Source: an uncultured delta proteobacterium
GTDB lineage: Bacteria; Desulfobacterota; Desulfomonilia; Desulfomonilales; Desulfomonilaceae
DNA length: 64,000 bases
Assembly (NCBI GenBank): GCA_963789265.1
Contig: CAWBKB010000003.1
Coordinates: 768,001-832,000, forward strand
Direction of reading: 5' to 3'
In this document: positions 30,168-40,363 of the stretch, one piece after another
How positions within the stretch are numbered: position 1 is the stretch's first letter
Layout: each line of letters starts with the position of its first letter
The notes under the pieces: generated by a model
Told to the model about the DNA's origin: nothing
The model's database searches: none
What the model saw: the letters and a program-made list of their open reading frames with translations, nothing else
Translations under genes and position numbers: made by a program

Positions 30168-32021
30168 ATGAAAAAACCTAAGGACTTGAACAAAAGAACA
30201 TCTTTTTCGATAATTTATATTTTGCTGGCTTTGCTTATCTTCTTGCTACTTCAGACATGGCTTGCGCCGAATGTGAAGAATGTCTCTTACACTCAGTTCA
30301 TGAAGCTGATAGACCAAGGAAAAATCAACTCCGTTGTGATCTCGAAAACCTATCTCAAGGGATACGAAAAGATCCAGCATGAGAAGAAAGAGCCCCTATT
30401 CCCGCATTTGATGTATATGACCCCCCGCGTACAAGACCGAAATCTTTTGGACTTTCTCGAAAAACATAAGGTCGACATCATTGGTGAGAATGAGAACACA
30501 TTTCTCATGGCAGTACTTTCCTGGGTCCTTCCCGCTCTTATCTTTGTGGGCATTTGGCTTTGGGCCATGAGAAGGATGGGCCAAGGGACAGGAATCATGA
30601 CTCTTGGCAAAAGCAAGGCCAAAATTGTGGCCCAGACCGACGTGGGCATTACTTTTAATGACGTAGCCGGGCAGGATGAGGCCAAACAGGAACTACGGGA
30701 GATTCTAGAGTTTCTCCAAAACCCGACGAAATTTACGCGGCTCGGAGCAAAGATACCCAAAGGAGTTCTATTGGTAGGACCACCCGGTACAGGGAAAACC
30801 CTCCTGGCTAAAGCGGTGGCGGGCGAGGCCGGTGTGCCGTTCTTCTCGATCAGCGGCTCCGATTTTATTGAGATGTTTGTGGGGTTAGGCGCGGCCAGGG
30901 TAAGGGATCTCTTCGAGCAGGCCGGAAAATTGGCTCCATGCCTGGTTTTCATAGATGAACTCGATGCGTTGGGCAAGGCCCACGGTACCGGCTACATGGG
31001 CAGCCACGATGAACGCGAGCAGACGCTTAACCAACTCCTGGTTGAGATGGATGGATTTGCCCCCAACCAGGGGGTCGTTATTATCGCGGCAACCAACAGG
31101 CCCGAAATACTGGACCCGGCACTTCTTAGGCCCGGCAGATTCGATCGCCACATTCTGGTGGACCGCCCGGATCTGGTGGACAGAGTCGAGATCCTGAAGG
31201 TTCATACCCGCACCGTGATTCTTTCGTTGAGCGTGGATCTCGAAGTCATTGCTCGCCGGCCCCCCGGCTTCACGGGAGCGGATCTGGCGAATCTCGTGAA
31301 CGAGGCGGCTTTACTTGCAGCTCGAAAAGGAAAGGAGAATGTCGGTCCCCAGGAGTTTGAAGAGGGAATAGACCGAATCGTTGCAGGACTCGAAAAGAAG
31401 AATAGAGTGCTAAATGAAAAGGAAAAAAAGACGGTGGCGTACCACGAAACAGGTCATGCTCTTGTGGCCGTGTTCCGTCCCACTGCGGAAAAGGTACATA
31501 AGATCACCATCGTGCCAAGAGGCATAGGGGCTCTGGGGTTCACCTTACAGTTGCCCACGGAAGACCGCTATCTTATGTCCCGGAATGAGCTTCTGGAGAA
31601 GATCGACGTACTTCTTGGAGGTCGTGCGGCTGAAACAATAATTTTCGGCGACATCACTACGGGCGCTCAAAATGACTTGCAGAAAGCAACGGACGTGGCC
31701 CGTAGCATGGTGACACTTTACGGCATGACCGATCATTTAGGGGCTGTTGCTTATCAACAAACCCCGAATCCTTTTCTCCAACAGCAAGGCATACCCCAGC
31801 AGAGAGAGGTCAGCGAGGAGACGGCCCGCTTGATAGACCAGGAAGTAAGGACTATTATAGAATCTCGGTTAGAAGGCGTCATAAAGACGCTCCGCGAGCA
31901 TGAGAATCTGCTTCATCTAGTGGCCGGCAAACTCCTCGAAAAGGAGACTCTGGAGGGGGAGGAATTCATGGAGCTTGTTGAAAAGAAATCCGCCCAACAG
32001 CCGGTTGCCCAAGAGGCATAA
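30168..32021 (+). CDS. ftsH: ATP-dependent zinc metalloprotease FtsH
   Basis: Two TMs; [29 protein letters not shown]. Confidence 0.96.
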   Translation: MKKPKDLNKRTSFSIIYILLALLIFLLLQTWLAPNVKNVSYTQFMKLIDQGKINSVVISKTYLKGYEKIQHEKKEPLFPHLMYMTPRVQDRNLLDFLEKHKVDIIGENENTFLMAVLSWVLPALIFVGIWLWAMRRMGQGTGIMTLGKSKAKIVAQTDVGITFNDVAGQDEAKQELREILEFLQNPTKFTRLGAKIPKGVLLVGPPGTGKTLLAKAVAGEAGVPFFSISGSDFIEMFVGLGAARVRDLFEQAGKLAPCLVFIDELDALGKAHGTGYMGSHDEREQTLNQLLVEMDGFAPNQGVVIIAATNRPEILDPALLRPGRFDRHILVDRPDLVDRVEILKVHTRTVILSLSVDLEVIARRPPGFTGADLANLVNEAALLAARKGKENVGPQEFEEGIDRIVAGLEKKNRVLNEKEKKTVAYHETGHALVAVFRPTAEKVHKITIVPRGIGALGFTLQLPTEDRYLMSRNELLEKIDVLLGGRAAETIIFGDITTGAQNDLQKATDVARSMVTLYGMTDHLGAVAYQQTPNPFLQQQGIPQQREVSEETARLIDQEVRTIIESRLEGVIKTLREHENLLHLVAGKLLEKETLEGEEFMELVEKKSAQQPVAQEA

Positions 32022-32077
32022 GAATCTAATAGCATAGATCGCTATTGCTGATTGATCCGGATTCTTTAGATCTGGAC

Positions 32078-32704
32078 ATGCAAAGAATAATCGCCCACGA
32101 CAAAATCGAAGGCATCATCCTGGCCGCAGGTCTCTCCACCAGAATGGGCACGCCAAAGTTGACTCTTCAAATCGAGGGTGTTCCCCTGATCAGGCACGTG
32201 GTGTGTGCTGCATTGGAGTCTCAACTTCGTCGTGTTATTCTGGTTACAGGTCCGCCGGATTCGAGCGTGACGGAAGCTTTAGGCTCTCTGGCGGAAGATG
32301 GCCGCTTGCATCGCGTAGTAAATCCCCGTCCTCAGGCAGGGATGGCCTCCTCGATGCGGAAAGGGATCGATTCGCTTGACAACCGAGACGCGGGAGTCAT
32401 GATTCTTCTTGGAGATCAGCCGGGCATAACAGGGACTACTATAAACAGATTGCTCGCGTTATTTTTAAGAGAGCAGACAAAGATAGTTGTACCCGTTGTC
32501 TTTGGCCGCAAGACCACTCCGGTGATTTTTCCCGCGACCCTTCTCCCTGAATTGGTGAGAGAGACCGGAGACATTGGTGGAAGAAATGTATTGAAACGAC
32601 ATGTGGACATAGTTGTCGAATTGGAAGTGGGCCGGGAGTACGACGACACGGATCTGGACACTCCGGAGGACCTGGATACAGCCAGACAAAAGTTCCAAGG
32701 TTAG
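32078..32704 (+). CDS. MocA/MobA-like nucleotidyltransferase
   Basis: ILAAGLSTRMGTPK, GMASS, LGDQP, GDIGGR, DLDTPED. Confidence 0.85.
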   Translation: MQRIIAHDKIEGIILAAGLSTRMGTPKLTLQIEGVPLIRHVVCAALESQLRRVILVTGPPDSSVTEALGSLAEDGRLHRVVNPRPQAGMASSMRKGIDSLDNRDAGVMILLGDQPGITGTTINRLLALFLREQTKIVVPVVFGRKTTPVIFPATLLPELVRETGDIGGRNVLKRHVDIVVELEVGREYDDTDLDTPEDLDTARQKFQG

Positions 32705-32746
32705 TATGAAGCAGGGAGCGACGCAATTAATCGGCAAAGACTTTAA

Positions 32747-32994
32747 TGTCATTTTGAGGCCTCGGGCTCAAAGCAATCCCGTCTTTGGTAGGACGGGCAT
32801 CTTGCCCGTCACAAACCCGCGGGTGAGGTGTTGTCCCCGTGCGGTTCAGTAGGACCGGCCTCCGTGCCGGTCGCTCGAAAGCGCGGCAAGGACGGCCGCT
32901 CTGCGCTCGGATCGGAGTTGGGTCTGACCAATGACCGGCAAGATGCCGGTCCCTCTGATGAAATTGCTTCGTCGTTTCACTCCTCGCAATGACA
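32747..32994. repeat. GTCATT...CTCGCAATGAC repeat enclosing four GTAG-type REP hairpins
   Basis: Outer arms tgtcattttgagg...aagcaat / attgcttcg...cctcgcaatgaca; inner gtaggacgggcatcttgcccgtc (32788), gtaggaccggcctccgtgccggtc (32849) and two reverse copies (32881, 32933). Confidence 0.8.
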
Positions 32995-33099
32995 CGATAG
33001 AGTGATATAGGTCGGGCCGTGACCGACGGGGGCCAGAGGCTGCCCTACAGGATATTGGATAAGGTCAGAAGCAAGACTTGGGGCTAAGGGAATCACGTA

Positions 33100-34848
33100 A
33101 TGAAAATCCGCCTGGCAAAAACCGCGGGTTTCTGCATGGGTGTTCGCCGTGCCGTGGACATGGTGCTCGATCTGCAGCGGGATTCCCCTGCCCTTCCCAT
33201 AGTGACGTACGGCCCTCTGATTCACAATCCTCAAACCTTGGAACTCCTGAGATCGAGAGGCATCTTGGAGGCAGATTCTCTCGACCAGATTGCCGGCGGG
33301 ACCGTAGTCATCAGGGCTCACGGAATTTCCCCGGTAGAACGGCGCGCCCTCGAAGACAAGGGCGTCGGCATAATTGACGCAACCTGTCCACGAGTGGCCC
33401 GCGTTCAAGCAGTAATACGCAAGCACGCGGAAAGAGGTCATTTCTGCGTGATCGTCGGAGACGAAGATCACCCCGAAGTCAGGGGCCTCATGGGGTTTGC
33501 TACCGAGGGAGGCATAGCCGTCGCGTCGTGCGACGGTAGTGGCTTCCTCGACAACCTGCCCACCGACCGGGAGATTTGTGTCGTGGCCCAGACAACTCAA
33601 AACATTGAGACCTTCGACGGAGTTGTCAACCTCATCAAAGGCCGTTGCCGGAACCTGCACGTTTGCAACACCATCTGCGACTCAACCAAGAATCGGCAGG
33701 CAGAAGTAAGCCAGATTGCGCGGCAGGTAGACATCGTGGTGGTGGTGGGCGGAAAGGGATCGGGAAACACTCAAAGATTGGTAAAAGTGGCCCAGGGCCG
33801 GGGAATCCCGGCTCTACACGTGGAAACGGACGAAGACATCCCGTCGCAGGCATTTGTGGGAGTGGGATCGGTTGGCGTAACCGCGGGGGCAAGCACACCG
33901 AATTGGCAGATTCGGCGCGTTACCGACCGACTCAAAGAAATCGGAATGATTCGCACCCCGAGCTTTGTAAAACAGATTCGAAGAATCAGCGACGTGGCGG
34001 TCATGACCTACGTTTGGGCAGCAGTGGCCGGCGGTGGTCTTACAGCAACCTGTTTGGTGCTCCAGAGCCGACAGGTTACATGGCTCCCTTTATCGGTAAC
34101 TATGCTCTTCGTGTTTTCCATGCACTTGCTCAACAGAATCCATGAGAGGACCGGTGCTGTGCGATTCAACACGCCGGAAATAGCCATGTTTTATGCCCGA
34201 CACCGGGGTCTTCTTACTTTGCTTGGCGCTCTTTCTTCGGTTGCTGCGATTGCTCTAGGCTTCTGGATGGGGCTATACGCCGGCCTACTGGTCACCGCGA
34301 TGCTCGTCATGGGTCGCCTGTACACCGTGCCCCTGGTTGCCGCGCCTAGACCCCCATTGCTGAGATGGCGTAGTCTTAAAGATCTACCGGGCTCCAAGAC
34401 CCCTCTTGTCGCACTGGGATGGGCAGCATCCGCGGTGATACTGCCGGTAATAGGCTCGGACAAGAGTCCGCCTTTGCCCGTGACCGCCGTGGCCTTTGTA
34501 TTTGCCGCGGGGATGGTCTTCTGGCGGACGGCTCTTTCCGATTTGCTGGATATTCAAGGGGATCGCATGGTAGGCCGCGAAACCATTCCCATACTAATAG
34601 GTGTCAAAAATACGAGGAGACTACTGCGAGCGTTGCTGGTCTTCCTGGGGCTGTTACTTGCTGCGTCGTCAGCCTCAGGCACAATACCTCCTTTGGGCTT
34701 TTGGCTGGTACTGAATACACTGGTCTTTGGATGTTTTTTCGCGATCTTCCGGAAGCGCCATGTTGTGGACCGCCTCTTTTTTGAAGGAATCGTGGACGGA
34801 AATTTTCTTCTTGCGGGAATTATTTCGATGTTCTATGGAAGCTGGTGA
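33100..34848 (+). CDS. ispH: 4-hydroxy-3-methylbut-2-enyl diphosphate reductase fused to a UbiA-family prenyltransferase domain
   Basis: AGFCMGV, IHN, DATCP, HPEV, QTT, TICDST, TAGASTP; C-terminal multi-TM domain with SDLLDIQGD...GRETIP. Confidence 0.92.
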   Translation: MKIRLAKTAGFCMGVRRAVDMVLDLQRDSPALPIVTYGPLIHNPQTLELLRSRGILEADSLDQIAGGTVVIRAHGISPVERRALEDKGVGIIDATCPRVARVQAVIRKHAERGHFCVIVGDEDHPEVRGLMGFATEGGIAVASCDGSGFLDNLPTDREICVVAQTTQNIETFDGVVNLIKGRCRNLHVCNTICDSTKNRQAEVSQIARQVDIVVVVGGKGSGNTQRLVKVAQGRGIPALHVETDEDIPSQAFVGVGSVGVTAGASTPNWQIRRVTDRLKEIGMIRTPSFVKQIRRISDVAVMTYVWAAVAGGGLTATCLVLQSRQVTWLPLSVTMLFVFSMHLLNRIHERTGAVRFNTPEIAMFYARHRGLLTLLGALSSVAAIALGFWMGLYAGLLVTAMLVMGRLYTVPLVAAPRPPLLRWRSLKDLPGSKTPLVALGWAASAVILPVIGSDKSPPLPVTAVAFVFAAGMVFWRTALSDLLDIQGDRMVGRETIPILIGVKNTRRLLRALLVFLGLLLAASSASGTIPPLGFWLVLNTLVFGCFFAIFRKRHVVDRLFFEGIVDGNFLLAGIISMFYGSW

Positions 34849-34866
34849 GGCGAAGGTGAAATTTCC

Positions 34867-34895
34867 TTGACAAACAAGTTCCAGTGTGTTAAACA
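34867..34895 (+). promoter_or_regulatory. Probable sigma70 promoter of the tRNA-tuf operon
   Basis: Perfect TTGACA at 34867; weak -10 (TAAACA) 17 bp downstream. Confidence 0.5.
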
Positions 34896-34920
34896 AAATA
34901 GTTTAATAAAGGAGCCTTTT

Positions 34921-34996
34921 GCTGGCGTAGCTCAACCGGTAGAGCAGCTGATTTGTAATCAGCAGGTTGCGGGTTCGAGTCCCATCGCCAGCTCCA
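34921..34996 (+). tRNA. tRNA-Thr(TGT)
   Basis: Cloverleaf; anticodon arm ctgat-ttgtaat-cagc region with TGT; TTCGA; CCA end. Confidence 0.96.
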
Positions 34997-35000
34997 AGAG

Positions 35001-35085
35001 GGAGGGGTTCCCGAGCGGCCAAAGGGGGCAGACTGTAAATCTGTTGGCTCAGCCTTCGGAGGTTCGAATCCTCCCCCCTCCACCA
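35001..35085 (+). tRNA. tRNA-Tyr(GTA)
   Basis: Long variable arm; anticodon loop ctgtaaa; CCA end. Confidence 0.96.
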
Positions 35086-35119
35086 TCATGTAGTTCTCAA
35101 ATGGTGGCCGAGGCAAAAT

Positions 35120-35197
<78 letters not shown>

Positions 35198-35290
35198 AGA
35201 TCTCAAACGCGACGCACGAACCGGCGTCTGAGCCCTACGGGATTACCAGATGCCCGCGGCATTCTTTGAGGAAAGTCGCTGCGACACCTT

Positions 35291-35367
35291 GCCCACGTAG
35301 CTCAGTAGGTAGAGCACTTCCTTGGTAAGGAAGAGGTTCACCGGTTCGACCCCGGTCGTGGGCTCCA
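35291..35367 (+). tRNA. tRNA-Thr(GGT)
   Basis: Anticodon loop ttggtaa; CCA end; 77 nt, possibly one extra T in the variable loop. Confidence 0.93.
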
Positions 35368-35481
35368 ATAAACAGTTCACTCCCAGGCCATGCACTAAGA
35401 GGCGGGGAGATTTAAGGTTAAGCTTGTTCTGAATCTGGACCCTGCGAATATTTTGCCGGCATTCTAATTAAGGAGGAGCCC

Positions 35482-36677
35482 ATGGGCAAGGCGAAATTTG
35501 AGCGAACCAAGCCTCACGTGAATGTTGGGACGATAGGTCACATAGATCACGGTAAGACGACGCTGACTGCGGCGATCACGCGGATACTGTCGAAGAAGGG
35601 AATGGCGGAGTATGTACCGTTTGAGGAGATAGACAAGGCGCCCGAGGAGAAGGAGCGCGGTATCACCATAGCCACGGCGCATGTGGAATATCAGACGGAC
35701 AAGCGTCATTATGCGCACGTGGACTGTCCGGGTCATGCCGATTACATCAAGAATATGATAACCGGTGCGGCCCAGATGGACGGGGCAATACTGGTGGTGG
35801 GGGCCAATGACGGTCCGATGCCTCAGACTAGGGAGCATATACTCCTGGCTCGGCAGGTAGGGGTTCCGTTATATAGTGGTCTTTTTGAACAAGACGGACA
35901 TGGTGGACGATCCGGAGCTGATCGAGTTGGTGGAGCTTGAGCTTCGCGAGCTGTTGAGCTCTTATGAATTTCCCGGTGACGACATACCCATTGTAAAGGG
36001 TAGTGCGCTCAAGGCCCTGGAGGCCGGGGATCCTGCCCATCCTGACGCCAAGTGCATACTTGAGCTTATGGATGCGGTGGATTCTTATGTTCCGGTCCCT
36101 GTACGGGAGACGGACAAGCCTTTCTTGATGCCGGTGGAGGATGTGTTCAGCATATCGGGTCGAGGTACAGTGGTGACCGGTAGAGTGGAGCGGGGTCGAA
36201 TAAAGGTGAATGAAGAGGTGGAGATAGTCGGGATACGCGAGACTCGCAAGACGGTCTGTACCGGAGTGGAGATGTTTCGCAAGGTGCTGGATTCGGGTGA
36301 GGCCGGAGACAATGTGGGGCTTCTGCTTACGCGGCATAAAGCGCGACGAGGTGGAGCGCGGTCAGGTAGTGGCCCATCCCGGCTCGATTACCCCTCATAC
36401 GAAGTTCAAGGCCGAGACGTACATCCTGGCCAAGGAGGAAGGCGGTCGGCACACGCCGTTCTTCAACGGGTACCGTCCCCAGTTCTATTTCCGGACCACA
36501 GACGTGACCGGTGTGATAACGCTCCCGGAAGGAGTGGAGATGGTGATGCCGGGGGACAATGTCTCTCTGGAGGGTCATCTGATCACCCCCATTGCCATGG
36601 AAGAGGGCCTGCGCTTTGCCATCAGAGAAGGGGGCAGGACCGTGGGCGCAGGGGTGGTCTCGCAGATCATCGAATAA
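35482..36677 (+). CDS. tuf: Elongation factor Tu, copy 1 (two +1 frameshifts, ~35870 and 36329)
   Basis: Nearly identical to the intact copy at 53131-54324 but with an extra T (gttccgttata) and an extra A (ctgcttacgc). Confidence 0.95.
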
Positions 36678-36729
36678 CCAATACCGGACTCGTCGCAGCC
36701 GGGGACGGAATTGGCGTGGAGGCGAATAA

Positions 36730-36879
36730 ATGAGAGATATTATTACGTTGGCTTGTACGGAGTGTAAGAGAAGGAATTATTCGACGACCAAGAATAAGAA
36801 GAACACCCCTGACAAGCTTCAGTTCAAGAAGTATTGCAGGTTCTGCCGTTCCCATACAATTCACAGGGAGACCAAGTAA
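36730..36879 (+). CDS. rpmG: 50S ribosomal protein L33 (Zn-binding type)
   Basis: [49 protein letters not shown], read from sequence (below ORF-track cutoff). Confidence 0.96.
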   Translation: MRDIITLACTECKRRNYSTTKNKKNTPDKLQFKKYCRFCRSHTIHRETK

Positions 36880-36905
36880 GGAGAAGTATGGGAAACATCG
36901 GGTGT

Positions 36906-36981
36906 AGGCCAGTAGCTCAACGGCTAGAGCACCGGTCTCCAAAACCGGGGGTTGGGGGTTCGAATCCCTTCTGGCCTGCCA
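36906..36981 (+). tRNA. tRNA-Trp(CCA)
   Basis: Anticodon loop ctccaaa; CCA end; canonical position between rpmG and secE. Confidence 0.95.
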
Positions 36982-37037
36982 CAACCTTCACTTTTGTAAT
37001 CGGTTCTCTGCGGATCGGACCGGAAGATTAGAGACTA

Positions 37038-37247
37038 ATGGAGAAAATAAGAGCTTTTCTAAAAGATGCAGCCCAGTTCTTTCGGGAAGTCAAAATCGAA
37101 CTCCAGAAGGTGACGTTTCCCACCAGGCAGGAGACCGTGGGGTCCACTATTATAGTCTTGATACTCACTGTGATTGTAGCCGTTTATCTTGGTTTCAGCG
37201 ATTGGGCCCTTGCCAAAATTGTCAAAATGCTCCTGCAAGTTGGTTAG
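37038..37247 (+). CDS. secE: Preprotein translocase subunit SecE
   Basis: EVKIELQKVTFPTRQE plus one TM; synteny. Confidence 0.95.
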   Translation: MEKIRAFLKDAAQFFREVKIELQKVTFPTRQETVGSTIIVLILTVIVAVYLGFSDWALAKIVKMLLQVG

Positions 37248-37282
37248 TTTTCCTGGGCCTGAGGTTCGTAAGGAGGCACCCG

Positions 37283-37813
37283 GTGGCTTTAAGATGGTAC
37301 GTGGTCCACACATATTCCGGATATGAGGGGAAAGTTAAAGCCGCGCTGGAGGAAAAAGTTCGCGGAATGGGGCTGGAGACCAGAATCACGGATGTTCTCA
37401 TCCCTTCGGAATCAGTGGTTGAATTGGTTAAAGGTGAACGAAAGACGTCCAACCGGAAGTTCTACCCTGGTTATATTCTGGTTCACATGGAGCTCGACGA
37501 TCAGACATGGCACGTGGTGAAAAGCACCCCGAAAGTGACAGGGTTCATTGGGTCCCGTACCGAACCCGCGGTGATCCCGGATGAGGATGTTGATCAGATC
37601 AAATCTCAAATGGCCGAGGGCCAGGAGAAACCTAAGCCGAAGTACTCTTTCGAAAAAGGGGACTCCGTTCGAGTGGTTGATGGTCCTTTCATCAATTTCA
37701 ACGGGACAGTGGAAGAAGTGAGGCCCGACAAAGGCAAGCTCAGGGTCCTGGTCAGCATATTCGGCCGACCGACCCCTGTTGAACTGGATTTCATCCAAGT
37801 TACCAAGAACTAG
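37283..37813 (+). CDS. nusG: Transcription termination/antitermination factor NusG
   Basis: [37 protein letters not shown] start after AGGAGG. Confidence 0.97.
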   Translation: MALRWYVVHTYSGYEGKVKAALEEKVRGMGLETRITDVLIPSESVVELVKGERKTSNRKFYPGYILVHMELDDQTWHVVKSTPKVTGFIGSRTEPAVIPDEDVDQIKSQMAEGQEKPKPKYSFEKGDSVRVVDGPFINFNGTVEEVRPDKGKLRVLVSIFGRPTPVELDFIQVTKN

Positions 37814-37900
37814 CTGGGACGCGATCAACCAGAAGATGAGCAATCCTTTCCGGCGGCTTTCGCGGTCAGGGAATGTTTGTCTCCTCTCAGGAGAATTTAG

Positions 37901-38323
37901 ATGGCGAAGAAAGTCATGGCTAACGTGAAGCTTCAAATCCCAGGAGGCGAAGCAAAGCCATCTCCGCCGGTAGGTCCTGCACTAGGACAGCATGGCGTGA
38001 ACATAATGGAATTTTGCAAGGCGTTCAATGCACAGACACAGAACCAGCCCGGAGTGATTATCCCCGTGCTAATTACCGTGTATGCAGATCGCTCATTCAG
38101 CTTCGTGCTGAAAACCCCACCAGCGTCCTATCTTCTAAAAAAGGCGGCAGGACTCGAGAAAGGTTCACCGGAGCCGAATCGTAATAAGGTGGGCCAACTA
38201 ACCATGAGCCAAATCGAAGAGATTGCAAAAATGAAGATGCCCGATCTCAATGCCAAAGATTTGCCGGGAGCCGTCCAAATCATTATGGGTTCCGCGCGAA
38301 GCCTTGGGATCGAGATCGTTTAG
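37901..38323 (+). CDS. rplK: 50S ribosomal protein L11
   Basis: [21 protein letters not shown]. Confidence 0.98.
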   Translation: MAKKVMANVKLQIPGGEAKPSPPVGPALGQHGVNIMEFCKAFNAQTQNQPGVIIPVLITVYADRSFSFVLKTPPASYLLKKAAGLEKGSPEPNRNKVGQLTMSQIEEIAKMKMPDLNAKDLPGAVQIIMGSARSLGIEIV

Positions 38324-38331
38324 GGGGTTAC

Positions 38332-39036
38332 ATGCCTGACCTAAGCAAGAAAAAAATAGGTGCTAGAGCAGCCATCGACCGGTCCAAGAAATACACCCTT
38401 GAAGAAGGACTACAAGCAGTATTGTCGTCATCCTACGCTAAGTTTGACGAGTCGGTGGACGTCGCGGTTAAGCTTGGGGTGGACCCCCGCCACGCGGATC
38501 AGATGGTGCGTGGAACATGCATCTTGCCGCATGGTACCGGAAAAACCGTACGAGTTCTCGTCTTCGCCAAAGGAGAGAAAGAGAAGGAAGCCCTGGACGC
38601 AGGAGCGGACCACGTCGGAGGAGAGGACCTGGCCAAGAAGATCCAGGAAGGGTGGCTCGAATTCGACAAAGCGGTTGCGACTCCGGACATGATGGGCGTG
38701 GTAGGCAAGCTGGGCAAGATTCTCGGCCCCCGCGGCATGATGCCTAACCCCAAAGTGGGCACAGTAACGTTTGATGTGGGGAGGGCCGTGTCCGAACTGA
38801 AGGGGGGCAAGGTCGAATTCAGGGTAGAAAAGGCAGGAATAGTGCACGTGCCGGTGGGGAGAGTTTCCTTCGGCCCCGAGAAACTGGCTGAAAACTTCAA
38901 GAGTCTTATGGAAAGTATCATCCGTTTGAAACCCTCTGCGTCCAAAGGAGTCTATTTAAAAGGTGTCTCGATTTCCACCACTATGGGACCGGGACTGAAG
39001 TTGGATGCTCAGGAGATGCGAAACCTGCTCAAATAG
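38332..39036 (+). CDS. rplA: 50S ribosomal protein L1
   Basis: [24 protein letters not shown]. Confidence 0.98.
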   Translation: MPDLSKKKIGARAAIDRSKKYTLEEGLQAVLSSSYAKFDESVDVAVKLGVDPRHADQMVRGTCILPHGTGKTVRVLVFAKGEKEKEALDAGADHVGGEDLAKKIQEGWLEFDKAVATPDMMGVVGKLGKILGPRGMMPNPKVGTVTFDVGRAVSELKGGKVEFRVEKAGIVHVPVGRVSFGPEKLAENFKSLMESIIRLKPSASKGVYLKGVSISTTMGPGLKLDAQEMRNLLK

Positions 39037-39106
39037 TTAGCTTTGCAAGCTTACATGAGGAAACGTAGGAATAGCTAAAACACAACATTCTTTCATTTGA
39101 AGGCCG

Positions 39107-39223
39107 AGTCGGAGACAGCAGGCGTGCCGTGGGCACTTAATTTAGGCCGGCTTAGACGGGCCGGAAAGGGGTGACGAGACGACTTCTACCCGAATACCCT
39201 CGATTCGCTGCTTTCCTCCGACT
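39107..39223 (+). promoter_or_regulatory. Probable L10 leader (rplJL autoregulatory RNA)
   Basis: Located between rplA and rplJ; GAGACAGCAGG...TTAA core; closing stem agtcggag/ctccgact. Confidence 0.55.
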
Positions 39224-39242
39224 GAAAGGGGGAAACCTTAGG

Positions 39243-39788
39243 TTGAAAAGAGAAGAAAAAGAGAGGCAGGTTGCTTGGCTCCGTGAACACTTTAAGAGTG
39301 CCAAGGCGTTGTTCCTCACCGATTTCCAGGGCCTTAGCGTGGCAGAAACCAATGCTCTAAGGGCCGAGTTGAGAAATCGGGGGGTCGTTTTCAGGGTGCT
39401 TAAAAACACCCTGGTGCGGCTGGCTTATGAGGACACAAATGTGGCGGTCATCGGGCCGGACCTTGCGGGTCCGCGTGCCGCGGCATGGACCGAAACCGGC
39501 GACAATGTTCCCGCGATGGCAAAAGTCTTGGTCGATTTTGCCAAGACCCATCCGAAGCTGGGCCTGATCCGAGGAGTCCTTGACGGCAAACTGGTAGATC
39601 CGTCCGAGATGGAGACATTATCCAGGCTTCCTTCAAGGGAGGTGTTGTTGGGACGAGTCCTCGGGACGATGATGGCTCCTGTCAGCGCCTTTGTCAACAC
39701 TCTTGCAGCGGTGCCTAGATCTTTTCTCAACGTGCTTAAGGCCATTGAGGAACAGAAAAGTGCTCCCGGTGAATCTCCCGTAGGTTGA
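39243..39788 (+). CDS. rplJ: 50S ribosomal protein L10
   Basis: DFQGLSV, VLKNTL, LPSREVL; TTG start inferred. Confidence 0.95.
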   Translation: MKREEKERQVAWLREHFKSAKALFLTDFQGLSVAETNALRAELRNRGVVFRVLKNTLVRLAYEDTNVAVIGPDLAGPRAAAWTETGDNVPAMAKVLVDFAKTHPKLGLIRGVLDGKLVDPSEMETLSRLPSREVLLGRVLGTMMAPVSAFVNTLAAVPRSFLNVLKAIEEQKSAPGESPVG

Positions 39789-39841
39789 TTTGCCGCTGGG
39801 TCCCTGTCGTTTTTCCAAAATAGCGAATCGAGGAGGATATC

Positions 39842-40231
39842 ATGGCAGAAGTTACCAAGGAAAATGTCAAAGACTTTATTCGTAACATGTCGGTACTGGA
39901 GTTGAGCCAATTCGTTAAGGAATTGGAAGAAGAGTTCGGGGTTTCTGCAGCGGCGCCCGTTGCCGTTGCCGCGGTCGGCGCGGCGGCGGCTGGTGGAGAA
40001 GCAGCCCCGGCTGAGGAAAAAACCGAATTCGACGTGATCTTGAAAGATTTCGGTGACAAGAAAATCCAGGTCATTAAGGTCGTGCGTTCATTGACCGATC
40101 TGGGTTTGAAGGAAGCCAAAGACCTGGTGGAAGGTGTTCCCAAGCCGGTGAAAGAAGCAATCTCCAAGGAAGACGCTGAGAAAGCCAAAGCCGCTCTTGA
40201 AGAGGTAGGCGCCACGGTGGAGATAGTCTAA
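39842..40231 (+). CDS. rplL: 50S ribosomal protein L7/L12
   Basis: [29 protein letters not shown]. Confidence 0.98.
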   Translation: MAEVTKENVKDFIRNMSVLELSQFVKELEEEFGVSAAAPVAVAAVGAAAAGGEAAPAEEKTEFDVILKDFGDKKIQVIKVVRSLTDLGLKEAKDLVEGVPKPVKEAISKEDAEKAKAALEEVGATVEIV

Positions 40232-40363
40232 GCACCCAGCCTTGTATCAACGGGCCCCAGCCCGGGGATCGGTCGTTCGTTTAGACCGCCCCCGGGCCGA
40301 TGCTCTATGGAACACATCCCGTCAAACTCGCCTTTTAAGATCACCAAAGACCAGAGGGAGAAA

